A stretch of DNA of 64,000 nucleotides from Octopus vulgaris (taxonomy: Eukaryota). Both the position numbers and the translations under genes were made by a program. The stretch covers positions 210,304,001-210,368,000 of the forward strand of contig OX597815.1 in the NCBI GenBank assembly GCA_951406725.2. The letters are read 5' to 3'. Positions 15,307-30,253 of this stretch are shown here, in pieces; the stretch's first letter is position 1, and each line of letters begins with the position of its first letter. Below the pieces are notes generated by a model. The model did not search any database and was not told where the DNA came from. It saw only the letters and a program-made list of their open reading frames with translations.

Positions 15307-16099
15307 TACACGGGTAGGTATGATTGTGTATAGAACTATATATTACTCAAAGAAATTCCATCTGTCTGATTTTCACGTTTTATTTGCAATAATATTATAT
15401 AATGAAATGATAGAATATTAAATGATAATTCTGATTGAACTAGTACTTTCATGCATTTAACTATGCAATCCTTAGGTTTATGTGTAGTGGTGACAGCTAT
15501 GTTTTAAAATTTACATCTCTGGCGAGATGGCTAAACTGTGTTACTTAAATACATTTGTATAGGCTCCAGAATGTTAAATTTTGCAAACTGTATTCTGACC
15601 AATCAGTGTGTGGTTTTACTATATTTCTTAAGTTGATTGGTGTTTGGTTTTGTTGAACATGTTAAGAGGTCTGTATTTTAACCCTGGTCAAAACAATACT
15701 TGTTCGGCTATTTTTAGAAATGTTGTAAACAACATTTCCCAGGGATTTTTACATTTAAATTATCTTCACCATCATTATCAACTCCTTTATTGTTGTTGTT
15801 GTTGTTGTTGCTGCTTGTGACGGTGGTGGTCGTGGTCGTGGTGGTTGTCGCGGTCGTGGCGGTAGGAGTACCTGTGGTAATAGAACTTTAAAACCAAAAT
15901 TTAGGTAATTTTTACTGACTTTTCACTTAGCAAGTATTTTCTTGCTATTACCATAATGAGCATCTTTAGTATTTTTGTTGTTGCTATTCGCAAAAAATGC
16001 TACTTTTTACTTAGGAGTTCTATTGACATCGTTGATCCTTTTCAGTATCGTCCTGATACCTAACTGAGCAGTGGAATATATGAGGTTATTTAAGGTTGT

Positions 16100-17166
16100 T
16101 AGGTCTCACGCAGGAAGTTCTCGAGATGCTTGAAAAAGTGGTAGTCGGTAGGCGAGATGTCTGGTGTGTATGGTGGATGAGGCAGAGTTTCTTATCCCAA
16201 TTCGTTCAACTTCTGTAGGGTTAGTTGTGCGACGTGCGCCCGAGCGTTGCCGTGGAGAAGAATTGGTCCTTTTCTATTGACCAATGCCGGCTGTTGTTGT
16301 CTGAGTTTCTTATGCATTTCATCCACATGCTGACAGTACTTTCCTGTCGTAATGGTTTCGCCTAGATGCAAAAAGCTGTGATGGATGAGACCAGCCGCAG
16401 ACCACCAACCAGTCACCATGACTTTCTTTCGATCCAACTTTGGCTTCAAGAAGTGCCGTGATGCTTCATCGGCGTCCAACCAGTGAGCTGAGCATCGCCG
16501 GTTGTCGTAAATAATCTACTTTTCATCGCAAGTCACAATCCGGCCGAGTAACGAATCGTTCTTTTTCGTAAATGAAGGGAAGACGACACTTAAAAACAGC
16601 ATTTTTTTTTGTTATCGTTAAATTCGTGCGGCCCCATTTTCCAAGTATTTTTGCTTTTCCAATCTCTTTCAAGTGGTTGGAAATTGTCGAATACGTTATG
16701 CTTATTTCAGAAGCAAGCTCTCGAACAGTTGTGCGTGGATTGGCTTCGGCTAAGGCTCTTAGTTGATCGTTTTCAACATCCGATGACCGACCACTACGCT
16801 TGTCATCTTCAAGACTCTCGTCACCGCTACGAAATTTCTTGAACCACCATTGTGCTGTACGTTCATTAGTGGTTCATGGGTCAAACGCATCGCTGATATC
16901 ACGAGCTGTTTCAGCAGCTTTTCGGCCTGGCTTGAACTGGAATAAAAAAAGTGTGCCAATTTGCTTTTTATCCATGTTGTATTCAACGTTCAGGAAAAAA
17001 TGGAGTAATTATTCAAAAAGAAGAAGAGCAACACGATTAGATAGAGCGAAAAATGGGCTTTACACTGATACATAAACTTAAAGTAATTTAACGAAAATTA
17101 TTTTGAAAATACACTATTTAAAATCAAAATTGGAAATCCCGCAAGAACTTTATTGACAACCTAATA
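16100..17166 (-). mobile_element. Decayed mariner (DD34D) transposon, 3'-truncated
   Basis: Minus-strand motifs IVTCDEK*IIYDN, KKVMVTGWWSAAGLIH, LHGNARAH and HPPYTPDISPTDYHFFKHL; stops and frameshifts; one TIR-like end TA-ttaggttgtcaataaagttc at about 17145-17166. Confidence 0.9.
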
Positions 17167-18768
17167 TTTTAGATGCATACATACATTGATGTATGTGTAT
17201 AAATATATATAATATATATCGGTTGACGGTTGGATAGAAACCAATGTGTTGAAATATTTTTGAAGTTAGGAAGAGTAAATCTAATTCTACAATGACAAGT
17301 TTTGAATGGATGAGTGTTTTTACGCAATGTTTTTGTATATTAATTATAACAGCTATAGATTCCGGAAATCATACTCTACCGTCTTCAGTAGAAATGTATA
17401 CATCGAACAATGTAATCTCTGAAACTCTAACTTTATATCTCCTACATTTGACTCGTCGTGAAGTAAACTATTTGCAGCAACAACTATAATGTAATATCCC
17501 GAAAATGTGTAGTATTCTTGTAACATAATCCGAACCCGTTTTATATATCACATACCCCATTTGGTTATTTGTTTAATGTGTCGATTCTCAGAAGCTGAAT
17601 ATATCTTGAGAGAGTCGTTTAAGTTGCATATTCATGAGGAAATCTGTAAGGGTTATTCAAGATGAGCAATTGTATTATCTTTATAACTATATTTTTCATT
17701 GGGAGTATCGGAAATAAATTCCTTTACGTACACAAAAGAGAATGCGAAAATGATAGGCAAACGTAGGGTTATACCAAAGTCCGTATAATGGAGTGCACAG
17801 CCAAAGTAATCTGCAGTGATTCAGTATTATCAGATTTTTACATACTAATGTCTTCAGGGTAGATACAGGGCATAAGAAGAAAGATTTTGTGTGAGAAATT
17901 GTCTATCGTTTAGTTGTTGACTAAAACTAACTGGACTTGTTTGTGGAACCTTGCAAGAATAAGGATAGAAGGAAAATCAATTCTCCCGTATCGAAGCCTA
18001 ACTGCTGGTCGCTTAGAACAGAAAATCTAAAGAAAAACTCAAGTTTGTAAAACATAATCATTACCGAGTATATTAAATATTCTTCAATCCAACTGCTTTT
18101 ACCTTCCCATTTGGTTCACTTCTTTGATGAATAACAACTTTCCAAACCGAAACACTTTTCTCTTTTTTCTTTGCAGTGGTTAGACAGACAATATAGTGTA
18201 TACTTACTCATTTTGTTATTGATCATGTTTCACTGTATTAAAACAAGGGACGGGGACTACGATATTGAATACACGTGGATTGCTCTGGATTTATTATTAT
18301 TGTTAAAACTATTACATGCTACATTATCAATGTTGTTATCTTCAGGTTTGGAGATAAGTCTTCTCAAATCTTGGGAAAAATTATATATTAATTTATATGT
18401 ATGTATATCTAATAATCTACCTATCTACACACGTGCATATAGTTTAATGTTTTTTTGTCAATTTCTATGTATAAATAAAAGTTAAATGAATTTTTGCTCA
18501 ATATCTTTTAATAGAGTATATATTTATTAATGGCACAGTGGCTTCGAAGTTTAGGTTCATTCGCTTCAGCAGGATAACTTGTCAGCAGAGCATGCAGAAT
18601 ATTCAAAGTTACAGTCAAACTTTCCCTTGTTAGAATTAATTAATACATACACACATATATATATATATGTGTGTGTGTGTGCGTGTGTGTGTGGATACAT
18701 GGATATATAATGTTTATATCATGTATAAATGTATAAGAGTTAATGCGGGTAAATACATACATACATAC

Positions 18769-18799
<31 letters not shown>

Positions 18800-18805
18800 C
18801 ATACA

Positions 18806-18841
<36 letters not shown>

Positions 18842-20105
18842 TTAGAATGTTCCTATAAAACCAAACTTAAACGTTGATACATCGATTGATATTAATAAAT
18901 ATTGTACATTTGAAAGTGTTTAAAGTAATTTCTCAACTCTTCCTACAACACTATATGTCGTTACATCTATTGCACAATAATTCACTTAACTACGAGTAAT
19001 GTTAGTAAATTCTGTAAACTAATGCATTAGAGTTAGGTTAATGTCAGTTTATATAATTAGGTATAATATTAAAGTTAGGTCTGAAAATGAAAATTAATTA
19101 TTGACGCAGAGAATGGATATCAACACAATTTCAATTTAAATGTAAATATTCATTGTAATTTTTTGAAAGTAGCTCACCTTCCTTTGGCAAATTACCATGC
19201 AGTTAATCAATACAGAGATACGTAATTGATTCTGATTACTTATGAGTCGGAAGGGGGTCTATAATTAAATTAGTGTTCATTGGAAGCAGTGAAGAATATA
19301 TGTAATTTCATTCACAAAGCTATGATGCGAATACTTGTAAATTTACTAAGCTTGCATTTGGTTTTCTTAAACGCATCTCTCGGTTATAGTGTTATACTGT
19401 TATACTGTTATACAAACGTGCGTGAATATACAGACACACACACAGGCACACACACATACATACACACACATATATACATGAGTTTAATAAATTTCCATTT
19501 AATAATATAATTATATAATACTATTGTATGTATTTATGATTTTTTTTTCGAAAGATATTTTCATAAAATAACTACGTAATTTTTAATGTTGATTGATTTG
19601 TAGTACGGATAATAATAAATAATGAATAAGTTGTAATTTATAATATTATTTTGTATCGGCCAAGTGATGATAAAGTATTTGAAATAAATTTTGTTGCTAT
19701 TTAGCCATGAATAATAAGTTATTTTTGCATTATAATACTAGTGAGATTAAGGAATTTTTCTGAATAAATTGTCTGAATAATATGCATTTTTCTTATAGTA
19801 CGGAAGAATAAAAGGAGATTTATCCTATTTCGCCATAAATTCTTAGCATATTGTTTCTGTATTTTTAAAAACTAATTCGCAGAAATATATTTAGATAAAA
19901 ACATTTTAAAGTACACAACATATTTTATGACAATTATATTAGTTTAAATTTATGTACTTTTTATTTATTTTGATTGTTTTGCTTTTATTATATATGTTTA
20001 TTATATTTTAAAATTTATTGACGCTCACGCTTACAAATATAAGAATGATTAGTTCAGTCTGTTCTAGTATCTAAAACTCCTCAAATGTAATTTTTGTCAA
20101 ATATT

Positions 20106-20182
20106 TCCCTGATGAGATTCTTACTCCAAAACATGAATTATTATAAATATATTAATGGGTCTCAATCGAAGCAATTGTAGGA
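20106..20182 (+). ncRNA. Degenerate minimal type-I hammerhead ribozyme motif
   Basis: tcc-CTGATGA-gatt..aatc-GAAG-caattg-TA-gga: helices I and II and palindromic helix III present; GAAA core mutated to GAAG. Confidence 0.55.
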
Positions 20183-20283
20183 TTATAATACTTATATTTA
20201 TATTATATTATAATAATAACATATTATGTTAATAGATTAAAATTTCAATCATAAATCTCATGTTCTTTTCCTTTTTGTGTATG

Positions 20284-20319
<36 letters not shown>

Positions 20320-20330
20320 ACCGCGCGTGT

Positions 20331-20525
20331 ACCGCTGGCAATTTTTTTTCTCCGACTTCCCTTCTACGGATCTTTCCTTTTCCTATGTTTCTGACGAAGA
20401 GCTCCGCTCGAAACGTTAAACTGTCCTTCTTTCCTTCTTTCTTGAGCGTCCAATAATACTATATCTGTTCCACGTCCTCGCGTTGTTGTGTTTTCTCTTT
20501 GTGTTTTCATGTTTGGATTAACTTT
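20331..20525 (+). mobile_element. PLE-type terminal fragment with hammerhead motif at 20387-20421
   Basis: gttt-CTGACGA-a-gagc-tcc-gctc-GAAA-cg-TT-aaac; fragment lies between TG and TA microsatellites. Confidence 0.65.
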
Positions 20526-21850
<1,325 letters not shown>

Positions 21851-22167
21851 CATATATATATATATATATATGTTAGATAGTTTTGTGCTGTACGTAACCT
21901 CACTTTCTCGACCAAACTGACAATGACTATGCAAGCGCAATATGTATTGGATGTCTGCTGTCTTCCTGATTGCAAAACCAATTGAAAGTATCTGGTTGGC
22001 CTAACTTGCTGGTCTACATTCCGAATAGTATTGCGTCGTGTTCAGGAATAGTCTAAGATTTTGATGGCAAGGATTTTCGTTCTCGTTCATAAACGCTGGT
22101 TGCTCGGAAGCAACTACAATGGTCTGTGAAGATCTTCCATCAGGTCACTAAGAGACACGTTAACCTT

Positions 22168-22212
<45 letters not shown>

Positions 22213-22571
22213 CATACATATGTCCAACGTACATATATACATAAATGCATACACCTACATACACACTCACATACATATACATACACACATATATATATAT
22301 ATATATACACATGCACACACAGACACACACATAAACGCACATGCATATATATACGTATGTCATGTAAATGGAAGACCATTGATTTACTTGAATTCCTCTG
22401 CACTTTCAGAATTGTTGTTTTCCATCCTTAAAGGGTGGATGTCAACAGCCTCCTTTCTTTAGTAGGAAGCCGTAGTTGTATCACCTCTTTAGTTATCGAC
22501 GACTCAACTATGCAACTGGTCGTACTGCGTTATGTATTACAAATGTCAGTGCAACGCAACCTGGCATGAAT

Positions 22572-22634
<63 letters not shown>

Positions 22635-22811
22635 TGTGTTCATGTTTTCCATTCTTTCCGAGCGTCAAAGTAATACACCTGCTTGTTGATCCTTCTTCGT
22701 CTTTTGTTTTCTGAAAATGTGAACTACATATATATATATATATAGTGTGTGTGTGTTTATTAACATATATTTTTATACATATATATATGTATGTATGTAT
22801 GTATGTATATG

Positions 22812-22857
<46 letters not shown>

Positions 22858-23447
22858 TCACTTAGGATATGTATATGTACGGAATTTAAGCACTGTTTTA
22901 TATAAACATATATAAGAATGTTTGTGTGTGAACAATTTTAGAAATATATGAAGCTCTATAATTCAGCGAACATAAGTTTTATTTTGAACATTCACATGTT
23001 CATACTTGTGTTTGATATCAACGGTTATTTAAAGAATCTTCCCATATCAATACGCAATTGTTTAACATCTCCGAAGGGAACCATTTTCCTGACACACCTT
23101 GTACAATTTTGACTTAATAAAAGTTAGGTCACGATTTATTGTATGCATATGTCTGTTATCAATCGACTACAATATCAGATCCACAAAATAAAATACTTGT
23201 GTTATTCACTCGCCAAATAGATTGTTTAAAATAGAGACTTATTTCACAGAACCCATGTAAATGTATTGTTAATCAATCAAACAATTTAAAATTCTTTTAT
23301 GTTATATCTGATACTTCGCAAAGTTTACAGATTGTTATCGACGTAACTATACTTGATTAACAAACGTCGGGACGAAATATATTTGCTCTGGAAATGTTTT
23401 GTAAATTTTAAAACTAAAAGGAGATTTTCAATGTTGCATGGATGCAA

Positions 23448-23660
23448 GGCGGAGAGCTGGCAGAATCGTTAGCATGCCGGACGAAATGCTTAGCGGTATT
23501 TCGTCCGTCTTTACTTTCATGAGTTCACATTCCGTCGAAGTTCATTTTAATTTTGAACCTTTCGGGGTCGATAAAATAAGTACCAGTTGAATACTGGGGT
23601 CGATGTAATTGACTTATACCCTCCTCCGTAATCGCTAAACTTGTACCGAAATTTTAAATC
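23448..23660 (+). mobile_element. tRNA-derived SINE family B
   Basis: ggcggagagctggcagaatcgttagc head, internal hairpin gacgaaatgc..gtatttcgtc, B-box-like gagttcacattcc, central ctttcggggtcgataaaataagtaccag block shared with 39537-39770. Confidence 0.85.
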
Positions 23661-23899
23661 AAAATTAAACGGATGTATTAATTTACATATTTTCACTAAT
23701 GACTTTATCATTAGATACGAGTTGTTATGATCATATAAGACTAGTTAAGATTTGTTAAGATTATTTGGCGTATCTTCTAACGAAGTGTGAAATAATTAAG
23801 TTTTCTTTTCTAGATCAAATACTTATTTACTCAGTTTAGAAAATTTTGTACATGAAATTATGATTTCTTAATCATTTAAAAAATAATAATACTAAATGT

Positions 23900-24145
23900 A
23901 CCCTTTTAAAGCCTAACCAGGCTTATGGGCCCGGTATCTCGGTTTCCGTGGCATGTGTGTTCCCCAGCTGGATGGGACGCCAGTCCATCGCAGCGTTACT
24001 CATTTTTGCCAACTGAGTGGACTGGAGCAACGTGAAATGAAATGTTTTGCTCAAGAGAACAACGCGTGACCCGGTCCAGCAATCGAAACTACAATCTTAC
24101 GATCTTGAAGCTGACACCCTAACCACTAAGCCATGTGCCTCCACA
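23900..24145 (-). mobile_element. tRNA-derived SINE family C
   Basis: Minus strand: gtggaggcacatggcttagtggttagggtg A-box head, ttgagcaaaacatttcatttcacgttgctccagtccactcag, then gcgatggactggcgtcccatccag (resembles the V-SINE central domain). Confidence 0.8.
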
Positions 24146-25263
24146 CTTAATTATTTACTATTATTTAATTACTTTTATGGTAGATATTGTTAGACCCCGG
24201 AGTTACAAAAGCGACCTCATATACAGCTATTGGTTAAAAAAACAACTACTTTCTTTTGCCTTACGGTTTACACTATTGATGATATTGCTAAATATTCTTG
24301 GCATATGTTGGTGGTGAGTTGGGATTGGAAGTTTTGAATTCCAAATCAATGTGGGACGACGGAGTTCTGAATATACAGATTTCATATTTATTTTTATTAC
24401 AATCTTTAAAAATCGCAAAGTCTCCAATTGTTGGTAACTATGCAAAGCACCAATTATTCCTTATTTGATACTAAGGAAAATCATATTCATATAGACATAT
24501 GTATATATACATACGTGAATATTTCTGAGTGTATAACTTTATTACATTTTAACGAATCCTTTCACTTATTGCTTATTTTGCAGCGGTTATCTGTATATAT
24601 TTTCGCCCCTGGATTATTTCGAGATTAGACTGTAATCAATATACATCATGCATATGTTTTTTAACAGATAGTTATTCTAAACTTATTTGCTTCAGGCTTA
24701 TATATTTGACTGAATAATATGCGATATATTACTATGCGAACTATGTAAAGAAAGCTGTTAATACGTTGTTTTTCTGAGATTGTAATATTTTGACATATCT
24801 TAGCAACGTGCAAATTATGGAATTTATACATCAGTTGCTTATCCAAACAGAACAACGGTTTCCTAGCATTATTTGTAAAGTAAGAATATGATGGTGAAAC
24901 CGAAGACGAAGACTAAATATATTTAACTCATCTTTCTTAAGTCATGTCTCTATTGAAAGTTGATTTTGAGGAAATGGTTTGAAATATTTAAACGAGACAC
25001 TGGATATCAAAATACAGTAGAAGATATATAGTACAAATTACTAAAGCAACTTCCAATAATAAGTAATCTTAATAAACTAGTAGCAACTTATTTGCTTCCT
25101 GTACAGGTGATATAAGAAGTGTTAAACATAAAATGTCTACTTTACCTGCATTTAATTTTGTTTTGGGTATGTCAATAGAATTGTCAATGTTGACGACAAG
25201 GTATGAAATGACGAATGCTGCATTGTCCAATGCAATGATAATGTAATCATTGTGAAGTTGTTA

Positions 25264-25521
25264 TCTCTCTCTATATAAAGCTGAATTTACTCTTTTTTTT
25301 TCTTTTACTTGTTTCAGTCATTTGACTGCGGCCATTCTGGAGCACCACCTTTAGACGGGCAACTCGACCCCGGGACTTATTCTTTTTGTAAGCCCAGTAC
25401 TTATTCTATCGGTCTCTTTTTGCCGAACCGCTAAGTGACGGGGACGTAAACACACCAGCATCGCTTGTCAAGCAATGCTAGGGGAACAAACACAGACACA
25501 CAAATACAAACACATACATAT

Positions 25522-25582
<61 letters not shown>

Positions 25583-26087
25583 GACCGGCTTCTTTCAGTT
25601 ACCGTCTACCAAACGCACTCACAAGGCACTTGCCCAAGATGCCACGCAGTGGGACTGAACCCGGAACCATGTGGTTGGTTAGCAAGCTACTTACCACACA
25701 GCCACTCCTGCGCCTATGTCTGTTTATGGCAGGTTTGGTAGCCTTCAACTAACAATATCTCCTCCGAGACCCGCGGCGCAAGTTGAGCAAAATTAAGAGT
25801 ATAATGGAAGAAGGCTTGCCTTTCCTTCCGCAGAAGGAAATATTCAAATCAGACCATGTTAACTCGAAAAATTATTTACATAAAAAAGGTGCTTATTTTC
25901 TATGAAAATCCCTATTTTTTACGATTTGTGATTGCTGTGCTGTGTCGCCATTTTTCGGTGTATTTTAACCAGAAAAATATTCACTTAAAGAGACTAACAA
26001 GCTATATAATGCAAAATATGTACTTTTCAAAAATTCCAAATCTAAAGGGTCAAAACAAACCCGAGCAACGCCGGAAGATACTGCTAG
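25264..26087 (+). mobile_element. Non-autonomous Helitron interrupted by a SINE
   Basis: 5' tctctctctatataaagctgaa; 3' hairpin cccgagcaacgccgga then gatactgCTAG|T; the 3' end closely matches that of the element at 27025-27422. Confidence 0.7.
25288..25714 (-). mobile_element. SINE family A, near full length, nested in Helitron
   Basis: Reverse complement of ggcgcaggagtggctgtgtggtaagtagc head through tgactgaaacaagtaaaag tail; internal (TA)n; ~30 bp internal deletion. Confidence 0.9.
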
Positions 26088-27024
26088 TATTTAATTAAAA
26101 TGTTAGTACCTAGTTTGTATCATTCAGAATCGTACTGCAATTCAATGAGAATAGCGAATGTAGTTAGCTGCAATGTTGGGTTTCTAGCCCGTGTTATACT
26201 AAACAAGAAAACTGCGGTTAATTAATTTGTTGTAATCAGTACATTTGATGTAATGTATAACATAACGTTGTTAGTTAGCTCCTTCAGACATCGTTATTGA
26301 AAATATGGACGCCTCTAACTTTTGCAGATACGTGTCATGAAAAACATACAGTTACAACATGTATTTTTGCTGTGAGTTACAGATCTGCATATATAGAATA
26401 TAACGAATATAAATATCTCTGAATTAGAAGAATATATAAATTAAGAAATACATCATATCAATAAAAGGAAATTGAATACTGTATCATTTCTTAAAGATAC
26501 TGAAAAAAAAAAGCATTATTTATCATTTAATTACTCGTATGGTATTATTTAGACGGTGTTAGAAACCAACGATACTTTCATTTCAGGATTTGTGTTCATA
26601 TATGTATACCATATCCATACAGCTGGCCATCATATCTTGCTAGAGATTTAAGACTAAATAACATTCACCATTCTTTCACTAATTTCAAGTGCCTATGCAG
26701 ATGCGAGAAGACACAAAAGTGATCTCATTATTCTGACCTTTTACTCAGCAGTACGTCGGGGATATGACAAAGACAGGCAGACTGAAAGAGAGACAGAGAG
26801 ACAGAGAGAAAATTGCACCGACCCAGCTAGGCACATGTTCAGTTAAATAAAAAGCAACAAAGGGAACTGCTTACCTTAGTCATGAACGCAAACTGTTGCA
26901 TGGTCTAAGAATTGAACCAACCACCTTTTTGATGTAAACGCACTAAAGAAATGAGTACGAGCCTTTGTATATTGTTATCTCTGTAGAGAATTGCAATCAA
27001 GTTCTGTTTAACATTTATTTAATA

Positions 27025-27422
27025 CTAGCAGTGTCGCCCGGCGTTGCTCGGGTTTGTAAGGGAAATAACTATATAAGCATTTTTAGAGAGTTATAGCCAA
27101 AAAAATAGCAAAAAAATGCATTAAAAATGGGAAAAAATGATGGTAAATTTTTTTTTAAATCGTTGACTAATCGTAGACATTTTTAGAGAGTTACTTCCCT
27201 TATATAATAGCGAAAAAAATGCATTAAAACGGAAAAAAATGATGGTAATTGTTTTTTAAATCGTAGACTCATCGTAGACGCGCGCTAATACCCAGAAGGG
27301 CTCGATATGCATCACGACTATAAGATACCCGGTTTTGGTTACACTGCACCGCAAAATGTGGGAGTAGTTAGGAATCTAAATCGTAGGAGACAGACACACA
27401 AGTTCACTTTTATATATAAAGA
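27025..27422 (-). mobile_element. Non-autonomous Helitron with intact termini
   Basis: Minus strand reads A|TCtttatatataaaag ... cccgagcaacgccggg-cgacactgCTAG|T: 5'-TC, 3' hairpin plus CTAG, inserted between A and T with no TSD; internal ~100 bp tandem duplication. Confidence 0.85.
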
Positions 27423-27619
27423 TGTAACTTCTTCATTGAAAATATAAGTCTTCACACCAAGACGTTATATTTGTTAATGTATTGCATTTACTTTTGTCAA
27501 TAACTAAATCAATTACGTGTATTTTTCTTTTCCTTTTCAAGTACTTAGTACGACGAGGAAGTGTTGCGACCAAGACAATTTTCAGAGCCTATGCAAAGAA
27601 TCTAAAAGCTGTAGTTAAC

Positions 27620-27853
27620 TTCTCGATTCATACCGACTCATAAGGGCTTGTTTCCCAGTTTCATGCGTATATATATCTTCCACTTGAATGGGACGCCGGT
27701 TCACCACTGGATTACTCATTTTCGCTGAGTAAACTGGAACAACCTGAAATGAAGTGTTTTGCTCAAGAGCAAATGTGCCCCAGTCCACGAATCGAAATCC
27801 TAATCTGACCATCATGAATCTAGTATCCTAACCCCTAAGCCACACGTCTCCAC
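27620..27853 (-). mobile_element. Decayed SINE family C copy
   Basis: Colinear similarity with 23900-24145 (atgggacgcc, tactcatttt, gctgagt, tgaaatgaagtgttttgctcaagag, ctaa..ctaagccac). Confidence 0.7.
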
Positions 27854-27959
27854 TGAGAAGAAGAGCTGTAGAGAGGAAACTACCTTCAGAGCAGATATAG
27901 CACCAAAGGATTAGAACAAATGGATGGTCACCTAACGGCATGGGAGAGTTAATTGGTGG

Positions 27960-28618
27960 TATTAAGTTTTTCTTAACAAGGGTCCACATAAGATTTTGGT
28001 GGGCTCACGCATCAAAATAGTAAATTGGCGATCCAGAATAGTATTTTAAGACACCTGAAAAAAATTGCTTAAAATGTATTTATGACAAGAAACAGCTCAT
28101 TTCTTTTCTCTGACATTTAAATTAGTGCAATCTAATGAGACCCCCTTCGGTCATGACTGACCATGAGTTTGCACCTGGAAAGTTACCCTCCCACGTACAA
28201 GTCTGGGCAAGGTTGTTTATTGAAGACCAGCAGTCGCCCATGCTTACCGGCCTCCCCTCTCCACGCCATCAGTGTTATCCAAGGGAAAGGAAAAGGCCGA
28301 TACAGCTTGGTACCTGTGACGTCGCAACTCATTTCTACAGCTGAGTGAACTGGAGCAACGTGAAATAAAGTGTCTTGCTCAAGGACACAACACGCAGCCC
28401 ATTCCGGGATTCGAAAACACAATCTTACGATCGTAAGATCGACGCTCTAACCACTGAGCCATGCGCCTTCACAGTGCAATCTAATAATGTGTTGAAAAAA
28501 AGAATTTGAAAGAAATTTACATAAAACTAATATTGAAACATCGAATGCCTCTGGGGGTCGACCAGAAGACAATAGTAAAGAAAGGGTTCCACAGATAAAA
28601 AATGGCCGAGAACTCCTG
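27960..28618. mobile_element. Possible decayed hAT-like non-autonomous element hosting a SINE
   Basis: Subterminal gggtcc/ggggtc motifs and a terminal gagaactcctg; left end poorly preserved. Confidence 0.3.
28137..28472 (-). mobile_element. Full-length tRNA-derived SINE (family C head, different 3' tail) with 13-bp TSD
   Basis: Head gtgaaggcgcatggctcagtggttagagcg with B box ttcgaatccc; perfect TSD agtgcaatctaat at 28124-28136 and 28473-28485. Confidence 0.92.
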
Positions 28619-29125
28619 CTTTACTCGAACACACAAAGACAATGATACTGAAAAACTTGCCGGTATATTTAACTGTTCTTCTGCATCATCCTACAACATT
28701 GCTTTTGACGACGATGACGGTGATGTCTGATATGGGTGAGGAGAAGGATAATGATGGTTATTTGATTTATACTTAATGTTATAAATTTCTACAGTCTAAT
28801 TAACTAAATCTGAAAAAAACATTATACGTATAACAACGCAATTTTAAGTGTTCGGTTATGAATTCATTTCAACCATTTATGATTACTGCTAAAACGGTGT
28901 TTTCCTCTTAAATAAATGCTCCTTTCCTGAAACATTAATGTTAAGTACAATGATTAGGAAACAAAATTATGAAACGAAATTGCCATTAGTCAGGTCTCTC
29001 TCTCTCTCTCTCTCTACATATGTGTTTAAACACACACACACACGAGGATATATAGACGAATATCTTCGAGTGCATATGTGTGCCTGAATATTGAAAGATA
29101 CGTGTGTACACTCGGCCGCTCACGC

Positions 29126-29179
<54 letters not shown>

Positions 29180-29222
29180 ACACATATATATAAACGTACA
29201 GACAGATATGCGTATACACACG

Positions 29223-29254
<32 letters not shown>

Positions 29255-29554
29255 CGTGTATATATATATATAAACAAACATTAGTTTTATTACAAGCAGG
29301 GAAATGTGTATTGTAAGACACAAATAAGATAATTAATTTTTCGAAAAGCAGAAATATTGGGTAAATAACTCTTACAAAGCGGAAATATTTGTCAAGAAAC
29401 AGCCATGAGACTCGAACTCACATCGCATGAAAGGGATTAATTTATCAGCGGGCAGTTTTGCTTAATGGCCGAAGTCTCAATCTAAAAACGCTAAACTGTT
29501 CGCTGACAAATTAATCTGCTTTTTAGACGCTATAAAGCTAAATGTACTACTATC

Positions 29555-29705
<151 letters not shown>

Positions 29706-30253
29706 AACACTTCTTTTTTTTGAAAGCATCGAAATGTGTTTTATAAGATGCAGATAAGGTGACATTTTATTTTTCGAACACTGAGACGCCATTAGGACAG
29801 CAGGAATATAGGGCAAATTACTCCTACAAAGTGGAAAAATTCGTCAGCAAACAGGCATGGGGCTCGAACCCACATCCCTTGAAACAGATTAATTTGTTAG
29901 CGGACAGTTTAGCTTCATGTTAAAGCACTTGACCAGAGTCTTCATCTAAAATAGTGGATTAATTTGTCAGCGGGTAGTTTAGCATAACGGTAAAGCACCT
30001 AGCCGGAGCCTTGATTCTATTATTAAACGGTATCTGGGACTTCAAGGCTAAAATGCCACACAAACCATCAAGTGGAGCATCGGTGAGGGGCTATGCCATA
30101 CGTTAGCGGTTCACAGAAATGTAAGTTTTCTATAGCCGAAATAATTGTAACCAATTGAAATCAAATAACTAAATTTTTGGATTCGACGTTTTTCACTGGA
30201 TGCAAGCAGCTCGACAAGTTCATATTACTAAACTATAGAAAATGTCTGTCTCC

